Shown here piece by piece: positions 16,596 to 25,537 of a stretch of DNA of 36,338 nucleotides. The number at the start of each line of letters is the position of its first letter. Within the stretch, counting starts at the first letter, position 1. The notes beneath the pieces are model-generated. The model was not told the DNA's origin and did no database searches. It saw only the letters and a program-made list of their open reading frames with translations. Origin of the DNA: Candidatus Aenigmatarchaeota archaeon (GTDB lineage Archaea > Aenigmatarchaeota > Aenigmatarchaeia > Aenigmatarchaeales > Aenigmatarchaeaceae); assembly GCA_043814985.1 (NCBI GenBank), contig JBDRJK010000012.1:1-36338 (forward strand), read 5' to 3'. The translations under genes and the position numbers were made by a program.

Positions 16596-18134
16596 TTACT
16601 TCTTGAACCAAAGTTCCCATCCAATTATAACAACTGCTGCTATTGCTATTATCACTACACCAAGTTGCAAAATGTTTTTAGGAATAGCCTCGAACAAACC
16701 TGTCGGTGGTAATCCCAAGGTCAATGTCACTTCCTTTTCTGCTGTTGCTTCCTCGTTTGAGGTTGCTGTGAAAGTCATTGTCTGGGTCTCTGTCACGTTC
16801 TCAGGAACATAGATTATTATCAGGTAGTCTTTCGACTCTCCTGCTCCTATGTCGCTTGACAACGGGAATACTAATACCCAGTCGCTTGGAACTCCTGCAA
16901 CCGTCATTTCAACTCCTGTCAGTCCTGTGTCGCCGTCGTTGTTAACAGTTAGAACCATCGTGTCATTCTGTCCAGGTTCTACTGCTATTGAGTTCTCGCC
17001 AGCTACTGACAGTGCTACTGTTGGTGTTACTGGTTCTTCTTCTACAGGAGATACAACTTCCTCTTCTACAGGTATCTCTTCTGGAACTTCTATTGGAACT
17101 ACAACCGGTTCTGTAGGTGCGATTTCTTTTCCAATGGCCAGCTCTGCTCCAGCAGTCAAGGTTGAGTATGTCCCATCAACGGTCCATATTCCCTCGTTCC
17201 CTGCTGTGTATGTGCTGTCGCTCCATTTTCCTCCAGCTCCATTGTCAATGTCCCATAATGTATTGTCTGTAACATCAATTTGGTTGCCGTATATGTCGCT
17301 TGCTATTGCACTAAACACGATTCCTTCCCCAGCATTCACTGCTGACATTTCTGGGATTATAGCTAGTGAAACTAACTTTCCAGCGCTGACACTCACGGTT
17401 GAGACTGTAGAAAGTTCGTTCACCTTGTCCTCTACTGTGACCTTCTGGCTTCCTGCTGTCTTCAGCTTCATTGTGAATATCTTGTAGCCGTTGTCTGCAG
17501 TGTTGAATGTGTAGGTCTCTGGCAGTATTGCCTTGGCGTCTGTGGAAGCAAAGCTTACTGTTCCTGTGTAGCCGCTATCTATTCTTCCGGAATTGTCATA
17601 GGCGAAGACAGTCACGCTTAGCGTGCTTCCTGCCTTTAACTTGCTTGCTGTAACCACTTTCAGACGTGCAGCGACTGATGTTCCGACCCTTGTTGTCATA
17701 GTTCCGGTCTGTACACCGCCTCTTGCGTCAACTGTCAACCATTCCATTCCATAGTTACCGCTTGCGCTTGGTGCCTGAACTGTCATGTCAAAATTCAAAC
17801 TCTGGCCGCTTGCTATTCCACTTCCACCCGTTGTCCATGTTATCCTGTATGGATACATTTGTCCTGTTCTTGTTGTGATTTTGTATGTCCAACCTTGTGG
17901 TGTGGTTATGTCCTGTACAGAGTACACTGGCTTTTGGTCCACTTCTGGAATCACAAGCTGTACGGTTACAATGCCGTCAGTGCCTGTGTTCTTTACGTTC
18001 AGAGAGATTTCCTCCATCATTCCCATAGGTATTTCTGAGGGGTTGATGGTCACTGTTGCTGCATGAGATGCCATAACTGCTGTCACTGAAAGAATCAATA
18101 ATAATACTATTGGTGCAAATTTTGCTAATTTCAT
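16596..18134 (-). CDS. cell-surface protein with Ig-like/NEW3-like domains and C-terminal TM anchor
   Basis: signal peptide; beta-rich domains; P/E/V linker; PTGLF then TM then KK at the C-terminus. Confidence 0.85.
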   Translation of the reverse strand: MKLAKFAPIVLLLILSVTAVMASHAATVTINPSEIPMGMMEEISLNVKNTGTDGIVTVQLVIPEVDQKPVYSVQDITTPQGWTYKITTRTGQMYPYRITWTTGGSGIASGQSLNFDMTVQAPSASGNYGMEWLTVDARGGVQTGTMTTRVGTSVAARLKVVTASKLKAGSTLSVTVFAYDNSGRIDSGYTGTVSFASTDAKAILPETYTFNTADNGYKIFTMKLKTAGSQKVTVEDKVNELSTVSTVSVSAGKLVSLAIIPEMSAVNAGEGIVFSAIASDIYGNQIDVTDNTLWDIDNGAGGKWSDSTYTAGNEGIWTVDGTYSTLTAGAELAIGKEIAPTEPVVVPIEVPEEIPVEEEVVSPVEEEPVTPTVALSVAGENSIAVEPGQNDTMVLTVNNDGDTGLTGVEMTVAGVPSDWVLVFPLSSDIGAGESKDYLIIIYVPENVTETQTMTFTATSNEEATAEKEVTLTLGLPPTGLFEAIPKNILQLGVVIIAIAAVVIIGWELWFKK

Positions 18135-18213
18135 ACTTACTTAATAAGTACAAAAAGATTTAAGCTTGTTTTTGTCTGGTTTGTGTAGTGTTTATGCACT
18201 ACAGAATAGAATA

Positions 18214-19293
18214 TTAAATGGGAACATAAATTGCTTTAAGCGCGTTCTTTGTTTCACTATTCGTTTCTATAACACTTTCAATAATTTTTTGTATGTTATG
18301 TGGTGTAAATGAACTTATTTTTTTATGATCAAATCCTTTGTCCAATTCTATTTCACCAGCTGCCATGTTCCTAAATAGAGGTATGAGACTTGACATATTA
18401 TTTGTTGCTACATTCATGTCTGAAAATTGTAGTGCGTGTTTGTTTGTCATGTTTACAGAAACACCCTTACCCGCATAATTTAATGCCATTGCATCTACTA
18501 TACTGTCACCCAGAAAACCTAATTTTCCCCTGTCATCAGTAACTGACCTCATGGCGTCGACTTTCCTATGACCTCCCATAATTCCTTCTTCAGTTAAAAA
18601 TAATCTTTTCAATGCGCTCCCTTGTTTACCTGAACATTTGTCAAATAATTCTCTTTGATACTCTAAATGCGTTTTAATCTGTCCTAATTTAAGAGATTGA
18701 TCATAAGCAACAGTTAGGCTTTGGCATGAAGCTAAATAATCTGATAAAAATTGACCTAATTCTTCCTTATTCTTGCTTAAAGCAGTTAATGGTGACCTTT
18801 GTTCTATCTCTTCAATTAAGTTACTTTTTGGTCTTTTTGGTTGAAAACCATTTGTGAAAACCTGTTTAAATGGAATGCCATAAATTTCAGCAATATTTAA
18901 TCCAATTGGTGGGTTGGAATTTGTTACAAAATAAACATTATCAACACCAAATTCTTCTATTGCCCCCTCCAATAGTGCACCAGCACCGGGATTCAAATTA
19001 TGCTTTACCATTTTTTCAGCAAGATAGTTAATTTCTTCATCAGTCTTACCATCATATGCTGCTATACATGTTACTAAAAGTGGTGTTGTTCCCGTGGAAT
19101 GGCGAGGATCACTTTTTCTTAACTCGTCAAAATACCTTTTGTCATCATAACCATCAAATTCATCAACTGCCTTGCCTGGAAATTTTGTCCTTGTCTCTTC
19201 TGATAATTTTTCATGGATAACATATGCAAAATCTCCCTTTGGATTTACAACAGGACCTTCCATGTCCAAGAAAATCTTTTCTGTATTCAACAT
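18214..19293 (-). CDS. HAD-superfamily protein, EhaR-like
   Basis: FLDMEGP (motif I), PGA, VTNS, GGHRK and GDSIVD motifs. Confidence 0.75.
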   Translation of the reverse strand: MLNTEKIFLDMEGPVVNPKGDFAYVIHEKLSEETRTKFPGKAVDEFDGYDDKRYFDELRKSDPRHSTGTTPLLVTCIAAYDGKTDEEINYLAEKMVKHNLNPGAGALLEGAIEEFGVDNVYFVTNSNPPIGLNIAEIYGIPFKQVFTNGFQPKRPKSNLIEEIEQRSPLTALSKNKEELGQFLSDYLASCQSLTVAYDQSLKLGQIKTHLEYQRELFDKCSGKQGSALKRLFLTEEGIMGGHRKVDAMRSVTDDRGKLGFLGDSIVDAMALNYAGKGVSVNMTNKHALQFSDMNVATNNMSSLIPLFRNMAAGEIELDKGFDHKKISSFTPHNIQKIIESVIETNSETKNALKAIYVPI

Positions 19294-19414
19294 GACACCT
19301 TGTCTTTTATTTGTTTACTAAAAGTTAAATACTTTTTCTAAATTACGGTAACACTACAAATAGAATTAGAAAACTGATTAGAGAAGCTTATGAAAGTCTG
19401 GCTAAAATAAAAAA

Positions 19415-19705
19415 CTAACCAAAGAGTCCAGCCAAACCTTCAACTGCTTGCTCTGCCTTCTTCTCTATATCTTCTTCCACTTCTGCTTTCTTCTCAGCCT
19501 TGCCCTCTGTGGGTACAGCTGCTACTGGCATTGCTGCCTTGCTTATAGCTTCTTCTATGTTGACTCCGTCCAGTGCGGCGACAATTGCCTTGACCTTTGT
19601 TGTGTCAGGCGTTAGTCCAGCTGCTTGCAAGACTTTTGTCACGTTTGCCTCATCAACTTTCTGTTTTGCTGAATGCAAAAGCAAAGCGCTGTATATCATA
19701 TTCAT
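19415..19705 (-). CDS. rpl12: 50S ribosomal stalk protein P1 (aL12)
   Basis: IYSALLLHSA...VKAIVAALDGVNIEEAI and C-terminal GLAGLFG. Confidence 0.97.
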   Translation of the reverse strand: MNMIYSALLLHSAKQKVDEANVTKVLQAAGLTPDTTKVKAIVAALDGVNIEEAISKAAMPVAAVPTEGKAEKKAEVEEDIEKKAEQAVEGLAGLFG

Positions 19706-19722
19706 TTTTACACCTCATTTTT

Positions 19723-20610
19723 TTACTGATTAGCATTATCCTCTGTTTTGACTTCTTCCTTGGGGGCTTCCTCAGCCTTTGGTTCTTCCTTTACTTCTTC
19801 TGTTTTTGTTTCTTCGGCTGGTTTCTCTTCTTTTGGGGCATCCAATTTTAGTTCAGCTTCCAATGCCTTTGCTTCCATCTGAGCTTTAGCTAGCATGAAG
19901 CCTATTGTCTCCTTTGTCGGGTAATCAGCATTGATGGACAAGTTGAATGCGTTTTGTATTGCCATTTGAATATCATTCAACAATTTAGTCTCGTCAACGA
20001 ACATGTCCTCTGCCTTATAGACAGTCCCTCTCTCATCAAAGACAACAACATTCAAGCCAACACTCATTGGCTGTAATTTCAGTAATTGTAAAGCTGAAGC
20101 AAGATCCAATGAAACTGGCTGTCCTGCCTTACAAGCCACAAAGTCCCTCATGACAGCAATCTTACCCTTGTCTACTTTCGCTGGAATTTTCACCTTGCTC
20201 AAGGTTGAGATGGCTGGTCCAGGCATCAGTTCAGTTGGCCCGGCCTTTATCTCTATGTCCTCTTCAGGCATATCTCCCGGCTTTGCTGACGCGGGAATTA
20301 TCTGCTTCTTTATCGCCATGAAAAGCTTGAAGGGGTCCTCGTTTGTCAATATTAATGCTGGATAGCCCTTGATGTATTCCTTGAGATTCTCCTTCTTGGC
20401 TTTTTCCATTGCGTATAGAATCATTCTCCTCTTGGCAACCCTTATCAGGGCCCTCCCTTTCAAATTCATCTTTATCTTCTGCAAAGCAGAAGCGGGTGTC
20501 TTGCACAAGTCCAGGACTCCTATGATAGGATACTTATTCATAAGGCTGGTCAGATCTTCAACTGTCTTTATTTTGTCCGGCCTTACAGTTTTTCTACCTT
20601 TTTTCTCCAT
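19723..20610 (-). CDS. rpl10: 50S ribosomal protein L10 (P0)
   Basis: LQKIK..LKG, ALILTNEDPFKL, AKPGD...I.IKAGPT..MPGP; acidic tail. Confidence 0.96.
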   Translation of the reverse strand: MEKKGRKTVRPDKIKTVEDLTSLMNKYPIIGVLDLCKTPASALQKIKMNLKGRALIRVAKRRMILYAMEKAKKENLKEYIKGYPALILTNEDPFKLFMAIKKQIIPASAKPGDMPEEDIEIKAGPTELMPGPAISTLSKVKIPAKVDKGKIAVMRDFVACKAGQPVSLDLASALQLLKLQPMSVGLNVVVFDERGTVYKAEDMFVDETKLLNDIQMAIQNAFNLSINADYPTKETIGFMLAKAQMEAKALEAELKLDAPKEEKPAEETKTEEVKEEPKAEEAPKEEVKTEDNANQ

Positions 20611-20614
20611 TAAA

Positions 20615-21253
20615 TCACACTCTGAATTTTACAGGCTTCCCCATTGTCATTTTGATAACACAGTTCTTTATCTGTTCCCTGTTTTTCGGAAGCAACGGGA
20701 TAACAGCATTTATTACAGCATCAATATTCTCCGCGATCTTGTTGTCGTCCATGTCCTCTGTCCCAACACTCAAGTGAATAGCCGGAGAAGTCTTCAAGTG
20801 TATCTTAATAACATTCCTCTTGCTGTTTACAATTGACTTCAAGTCAGCAGAAGGGGCAATTGGTGATGGCATCAGGTTTCTCGGAGCAAGAATTGGTCCC
20901 AAGAACCTTCCGACCAGAGGCATAAGTGGTGCCTCGGCAATAAAATATGAGCACTGCTTTGCGATATTTCTGATGGACTTCTTGTCCTTTCCCATTTTCT
21001 CAAGTTCGTCCTTACTGATAACAACAACGTTTTCCAGACCCTTTGTTTGTGGAATAAGATTGTCAACTATAAGAGCTATCTTGTTCTCCCTACCATAGCC
21101 ATGGGGGAGGCTCACCTCTGCCTTGACCCTGTTCTCAGGCCTTTTCAGGTCTATGTTCTTCATATTGATGGCTAGGTCAAAGCTCTGCTTGAAGTTCCTC
21201 TTTTTCATGTCCCTAGCTTTCTTAATAGATTCTACTATGTTTTCTTTAACCAT
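20615..21253 (-). CDS. rpl1: 50S ribosomal protein L1
   Basis: KRNFKQSFDLAIN, LPHG, GRFLGPILAPRNLMP and KMTMGKP; GAGGTG lies 7 nt before ATG 21253 (alternative ATG 21259). Confidence 0.97.
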   Translation of the reverse strand: MVKENIVESIKKARDMKKRNFKQSFDLAINMKNIDLKRPENRVKAEVSLPHGYGRENKIALIVDNLIPQTKGLENVVVISKDELEKMGKDKKSIRNIAKQCSYFIAEAPLMPLVGRFLGPILAPRNLMPSPIAPSADLKSIVNSKRNVIKIHLKTSPAIHLSVGTEDMDDNKIAENIDAVINAVIPLLPKNREQIKNCVIKMTMGKPVKFRV

Positions 21254-21255
21254 TT

Positions 21256-21888
21256 TCATACACCTCTTTTATTAAGAACTTTAATCTTTTTAATCAGCAT
21301 TTTTCTCTTATTTTCTACCTTTTTAGATAATTTATAGTTTTCATTGGGTCCTTTTCTTAAGGTTTTGGAAAACTCTAATAGCAACTCAGCTTGTTTTCGT
21401 TTTACTATCAAATATGGTAAAATACATCTGCATAATTTTGCTGCTTTGGACCCAAAACATTGCCATCTGTAAGAGTCTTTGTGATTAGGTTTTGCTCTTT
21501 TTCTGAGAAGAATATTACCGCCAAAATATTTCACAAAAAATTCTAAAACCCTCTTATCGGTGTTCATAACATCCACACCACATAAGTAATTTTGTGTTCT
21601 AGTGAACGTTATAAAAACATGCCCCTCGCCATCAACAATACCTGCTATATATCCTTTCAAATCTTTAGGTATCTTCACTTTGTTTGCTTTCTCCATTATT
21701 GTTTTTACACTCAGTCTTGTGGGTATGTTGTTATGTCTGAGGATTTTATACATTGTATTTTTGTTTATACCAAACTTAGATGCTATGTTTATTGCGTTTC
21801 TATTTGTAGAAGTATAGTAATTTATGATTTTAGAAATATCATTAGGATTAAGATTCTTAAAATCAGTTTTTCGAAGACTTCTCATCAT
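21256..21888 (-). CDS. LAGLIDADG homing endonuclease with N-terminal HTH-like domain
   Basis: YIAGIVDGEG motif; PYLIVKRKQAELLLEF; C-terminal LNKRG; N-terminal IASKFGINKNTMYKIL; AT-rich relative to the rpl genes. Confidence 0.9.
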   Translation of the reverse strand: MMRSLRKTDFKNLNPNDISKIINYYTSTNRNAINIASKFGINKNTMYKILRHNNIPTRLSVKTIMEKANKVKIPKDLKGYIAGIVDGEGHVFITFTRTQNYLCGVDVMNTDKRVLEFFVKYFGGNILLRKRAKPNHKDSYRWQCFGSKAAKLCRCILPYLIVKRKQAELLLEFSKTLRKGPNENYKLSKKVENKRKMLIKKIKVLNKRGV

Positions 21889-21897
21889 GTTAATCTT

Positions 21898-21949
21898 CTC
21901 CTCCCTAAGGAGTAATTGTAAAAAATAATACAGTTGTCAACTATTTAAA
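21898..21949 (-). promoter_or_regulatory. TATA box and SD-occluding hairpin upstream of the endonuclease/rpl operon
   Basis: minus-strand TTTAAATA (21949-21942); CTCCTT-AGG-GAGGAG hairpin (21912-21898) contains the SD 9 nt before ATG 21888. Confidence 0.5.
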
Positions 21950-22442
21950 CGTTTTCTTCATCCTCATCCATGTAGACCAGCTCGCCAAGGGAAAACGACT
22001 CGTCCTTACCCTTCGGCTTCTCGATTTTCTCTAGCCTGCCAAAAATGTCTTCCTTGTGCTCGGCCAGGCTTGCGCCGAACCTGTTTATCTTCTGCTCAAG
22101 ATCTAGGGTTTTTCTGGAAAGCCTGTCCAGCATATTGTTCCTCTCATCCCTGTGCATGTTCATCTTTTCCTCCAGCTTTGCTATTGTAGGGTTTGTGCTG
22201 ACCCTGTGAAGAACATCCTGCATTATCTTTTCCAGGCTCTCGATTTTCTGGGCAACTATCTTGGATGCGTCAGCCTCTCTTTTTGACTTCTTTTTCTCTA
22301 TTTCTATCATTGACCCAAAGCCCAGTGAGTCGATTATAAGCAAGACTATAAGGACTTCCATAAAGTTGTATCCCAGCATCTGCAATAATGCTGATATTAC
22401 TGTCAAAAATATCAGTATCCAAAATGCTGTTCTGTACGGCAT
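21945..22442 (-). CDS. membrane protein with 2 N-terminal TMs and a cytoplasmic coiled coil
   Basis: hydrophobic N-terminus; heptad-rich C-terminal part; acidic end. Confidence 0.8.
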   Translation of the reverse strand: MPYRTAFWILIFLTVISALLQMLGYNFMEVLIVLLIIDSLGFGSMIEIEKKKSKREADASKIVAQKIESLEKIMQDVLHRVSTNPTIAKLEEKMNMHRDERNNMLDRLSRKTLDLEQKINRFGASLAEHKEDIFGRLEKIEKPKGKDESFSLGELVYMDEDEENV

Positions 22443-22479
22443 AAGAAATAGTGCTTCCCAAAAAGATTTAAGCTTATTT

Positions 22480-23244
22480 TTACCTTAATTTCAACCCTTT
22501 CAGTATTCTTTGTAGCCTGCTCTCCACCTTGTAGGTCTCCCCTATAAGCTTGGAAGATAGTTTGATCAGCTCCTTGCTTGCAGCGCTGTATGGCTTGAAC
22601 ATTACCACAGGCATCTTTAGTGTTAGACTTCTGTGCACGTTCCTGTCATGCGGTATTGTTGATATAACAGGTAGCTTTGTCAGCTCCTCTATTTCCTTGC
22701 TGGTCATCTCATACTTCTTGTTGTTGGACATGTTGACAACAACTCCAAGGGGCTTCACGCCGATTTCCTTTGCGACTTCCTGGCATCTTACAATGTCCAT
22801 CACAAATGGTATGTAAGGATTAGTCACATACAAAACCTCGTCGCTTGCTTTCAATGCTGCAACCCCTTCCCTTCCTAATCCAGGGCTGCCATCAAGAAGA
22901 ATAATGTCATTGTCACTAAAAAGTCCCTTTAGCTTGCTCCTCAATTCAGTTATGTCAACTCCGTCCAAATCAGACAATGAAAGAGACGCAGGCACTACGT
23001 TCATACCACTGTAGTGCTCGTTAACAGCTTCGTTAATATTATATTCCCCTCTTAGAACCTTGTTCAAAGTTATTGGGCAATAGTACATCCCCAAATAGAG
23101 ACCAACATGTGATGTTGTAACATTACAATCAACAAGAGTAACGTTCTTTTTGAAGTGCTTTGCCAGAGATGCTCCTAGATTTAGGCCTACTGTTGTCTTG
23201 CCAACTCCTCCCTTGCCTGATATTATGCTTATAATCCTTGCCAA
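22480..23244 (-). CDS. minD: MinD/ParA family ATPase
   Basis: SGKGGVGKTT, LVDCN and LLDGSPGLG; amphipathic C-terminal tail; TTG start with GGTGA SD. Confidence 0.9.
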   Translation of the reverse strand: MARIISIISGKGGVGKTTVGLNLGASLAKHFKKNVTLVDCNVTTSHVGLYLGMYYCPITLNKVLRGEYNINEAVNEHYSGMNVVPASLSLSDLDGVDITELRSKLKGLFSDNDIILLDGSPGLGREGVAALKASDEVLYVTNPYIPFVMDIVRCQEVAKEIGVKPLGVVVNMSNNKKYEMTSKEIEELTKLPVISTIPHDRNVHRSLTLKMPVVMFKPYSAASKELIKLSSKLIGETYKVESRLQRILKGLKLR

Positions 23245-23258
23245 ACAATCACCTTACT

Positions 23259-23543
23259 TTAAGTCTTTTCAGAGGGTTTCTCTACTTCTTTTTGTGGTTT
23301 TTCATCTTTTTTAACCTTTCCCTTACCCCCAAAACCGCCCAAAAAGCCACCTGACTTCTTCCTCAAGAATGGCAGTCCTGTTTTTGGTCCTTCAATAGCC
23401 TCGTAGCCTTTGGGTATGTCTCTGACAGCTCCTGTAGGATCTTTTGAAAAATAGTATATTCTGGACTTTCCCTTGATCTTGACATGGAGCCAAAACTTCT
23501 TGCCGTTCTTGTTTTTAAAAATAAACGTGCTAAAGAAACCCAT
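23259..23543 (-). CDS. small basic conserved hypothetical protein
   Basis: NKNGKKFWLH...IYYFSKD...IPKGYE....KTGLPFLRKK pattern. Confidence 0.75.
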   Translation of the reverse strand: MGFFSTFIFKNKNGKKFWLHVKIKGKSRIYYFSKDPTGAVRDIPKGYEAIEGPKTGLPFLRKKSGGFLGGFGGKGKVKKDEKPQKEVEKPSEKT

Positions 23544-23574
23544 AGTATAAGTATTTTTGCTGCTGTTTTTAAGC

Positions 23575-24861
23575 TTATGTTTCAGTCTCTTCAGTAGCTC
23601 TTAAAAGTTTGGGCCTTTTCACTGTCTTCTTTCTTCTGCTTAACAAGAACAGGAACAGTAATCCCAACAAAACTGCGATTATTAGTATCCAGAACGGGCT
23701 GAATGCTTGTGGTACAAATATCATGAATGATGCCTGCGCTAAAAGGAATACGCTCTCCTTTAGATTTTCCTTAACTTCGTCCAGCTTTCCCATTGCCTTT
23801 TCATAATCCCCAAGTTCGAAATAGTTTTTTGCACTCCCAATGTTTATTTTGGCAAAGTCTATGCTTTCCACAGCCATAGTAGTGTCAATATCTTTCATGT
23901 AAGCCTCCAAAATATCTATTTCCAGTTCTGTGATAAGATATTCATAGTTAAGAATCCTTCTTCTGACCTCTTCCTCAAGAGTTATGTTGTAAGGTATTAC
24001 ATTCAAGTTTATTTTATATGAACCCTTTACTTCTCTGGTTATGATTTCAAAATCAATAGGATATGTTCCAATGGGTATGTCAGAATCCGTGTCTATGTCC
24101 ATTAAAAATATTACAGTTTCATTGATGTCCAGATAGTAGTCCTGTTTCGGATTCACATCAATATCCAGAATATTTGATGCTGAAAAATGGAATTTGAGTT
24201 CATGTAAAGTCTGGTTGCCTATGTTTTTTACCTTTATATTCGTCAGTGTGCTTTGGCCAGGATACAAATAGATTTTCTCGGAATAGTTAACATCCATTCC
24301 TAAAGGTTGGGCGTCCACAAAATATACTGCGGGCGGCGTCCAGCCTCCCCCACCACCCCCACCTCCCGGAACATACGGACCAGGAGGACCAGGTGTTGTA
24401 TTATAAGTTATGTAACCAGCATAAAAAGATCCCCATGCCTCTGCCCTTTTAGTGCCATAGCTTATTTTTAATTTTATGTAATAGAAGCCTTGTTTGTATG
24501 CTGCGTATGTTGATGAAAAATACCTTCCCAACCCTGGAGTAAGATATACGTCTGAATCATAATAGTGGGCAACTTCTTTTAGTATGGAGTCCTCATAAAA
24601 ATATACATATGCTTCAATTTTTGCCGTGTAAGCTTCTGTCCCGCTGTTAAGGATTTCAATAGAGATGTTCTGCATTTCAAAGGGATTCAATACTATGAAA
24701 GGGTCATAATCAAACAATAGTATTTCTACTTCCGTAGAACTTTGTATGGACAAATCAATCTGGCTAAAAGCAAAGCCAGTTATTGCTGCCGGAACAGAAA
24801 GTACCAGAATTAGAATTATGAGTATTGATAGTGAAATGTCAAACCAAAAATTTTTACTCAT
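23575..24861 (-). CDS. membrane-anchored surface protein (Ig-like, P/G linker, NEW3-like, helical stalk, TM)
   Basis: N-terminal TM with ITGFAF; PGPPGP-G7 linker; C-terminal TM followed by RRKK. Confidence 0.85.
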   Translation of the reverse strand: MSKNFWFDISLSILIILILVLSVPAAITGFAFSQIDLSIQSSTEVEILLFDYDPFIVLNPFEMQNISIEILNSGTEAYTAKIEAYVYFYEDSILKEVAHYYDSDVYLTPGLGRYFSSTYAAYKQGFYYIKLKISYGTKRAEAWGSFYAGYITYNTTPGPPGPYVPGGGGGGGGWTPPAVYFVDAQPLGMDVNYSEKIYLYPGQSTLTNIKVKNIGNQTLHELKFHFSASNILDIDVNPKQDYYLDINETVIFLMDIDTDSDIPIGTYPIDFEIITREVKGSYKINLNVIPYNITLEEEVRRRILNYEYLITELEIDILEAYMKDIDTTMAVESIDFAKINIGSAKNYFELGDYEKAMGKLDEVKENLKESVFLLAQASFMIFVPQAFSPFWILIIAVLLGLLFLFLLSRRKKTVKRPKLLRATEETET

Positions 24862-24898
24862 ATAACTAATTTGAACTCCAGATATAAATTTCTCTTTA

Positions 24899-25537
24899 TT
24901 AAGATTTTCTGTATATTATGATTGATGCTAGAATAACTAGGATCACCACAGCAAGGTAAAAATAATCCTTATCCAACTCATTTTCAGCCGAGCTTATTGT
25001 TTTCAAACTCCCTTCTTCAGAAACAAATTCAGTAGAATCTTTAATATCTTTATTTTCAATACCGATTGAATCTTTGGAACCACTTAGATTAATTTGAAAA
25101 TTAAATAACCTTTGAGGAACAATTTCTATCCCGCTCGTTTCATCAGATGTTTTAGTTCCAGCCTCAATAACAACAGAATAAATGCCAGCTTCACTGTCTG
25201 AATCAGGCTTTACAAAAAGATTTACAACCTTTGCCTTTATGTTATCGTTCATATACGGTAAACTGATATACTCTTCGCCGATTGAGTTGTTCAAGACAAA
25301 CTCATCAGGGTCAATTATTGCTATCCAGTTTTCAGGAGCATCCTTTACTGACAATTTTAAAGTATAAGATTCACTATCAATATTCCAGAAAAGCATTTTG
25401 AACTTTACTGATTCATCATTTGATATTTCAACATAATCCTCCTTCACAATACTTCCAAGGCTTATGGCATATACTTCTGACGATAACAAAATGAAAAACA
25501 AAATAATAATTGATATTTTAAGGAGGATTCTCTCCAT
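24899..25537 (-). CDS. secreted, C-terminally anchored Ig-like protein
   Basis: ATG 25537 with GGGGTG SD; signal peptide; single beta domain; C-terminal TM followed by RKS. Confidence 0.8.
   Translation of the reverse strand: MERILLKISIIILFFILLSSEVYAISLGSIVKEDYVEISNDESVKFKMLFWNIDSESYTLKLSVKDAPENWIAIIDPDEFVLNNSIGEEYISLPYMNDNIKAKVVNLFVKPDSDSEAGIYSVVIEAGTKTSDETSGIEIVPQRLFNFQINLSGSKDSIGIENKDIKDSTEFVSEEGSLKTISSAENELDKDYFYLAVVILVILASIIIYRKS

Noticed and set aside
8605..17487. Long antisense or overlapping ORFs in the track (e.g. 8605-9141, 8993-9412, 12281-12676, 16849-17487)
   Set aside because: They are shadows of well-supported genes on the opposite strand and have no recognisable motifs.
21185..21230. 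L1 autoregulatory site within the start of rpl1, as in Methanococcales
   Set aside because: I could not build the expected helices or GGAG-type motif from this sequence.
21250..21925. Possible BHB-like pairing (TTT-TACA-ATT with TGTA-TGA-AAA) that would make the rpl1-upstream endonuclease an mRNA intron
   Set aside because: The flanking helices are only about 3 bp, AT-rich and mismatched, and the 5' arm probably overlaps the TSS. Too weak without transcript data.
24340..24395. C-rich run resembling a simple repeat or phase-variable tract
   Set aside because: It encodes an in-frame Gly7/Pro linker with mixed codons.
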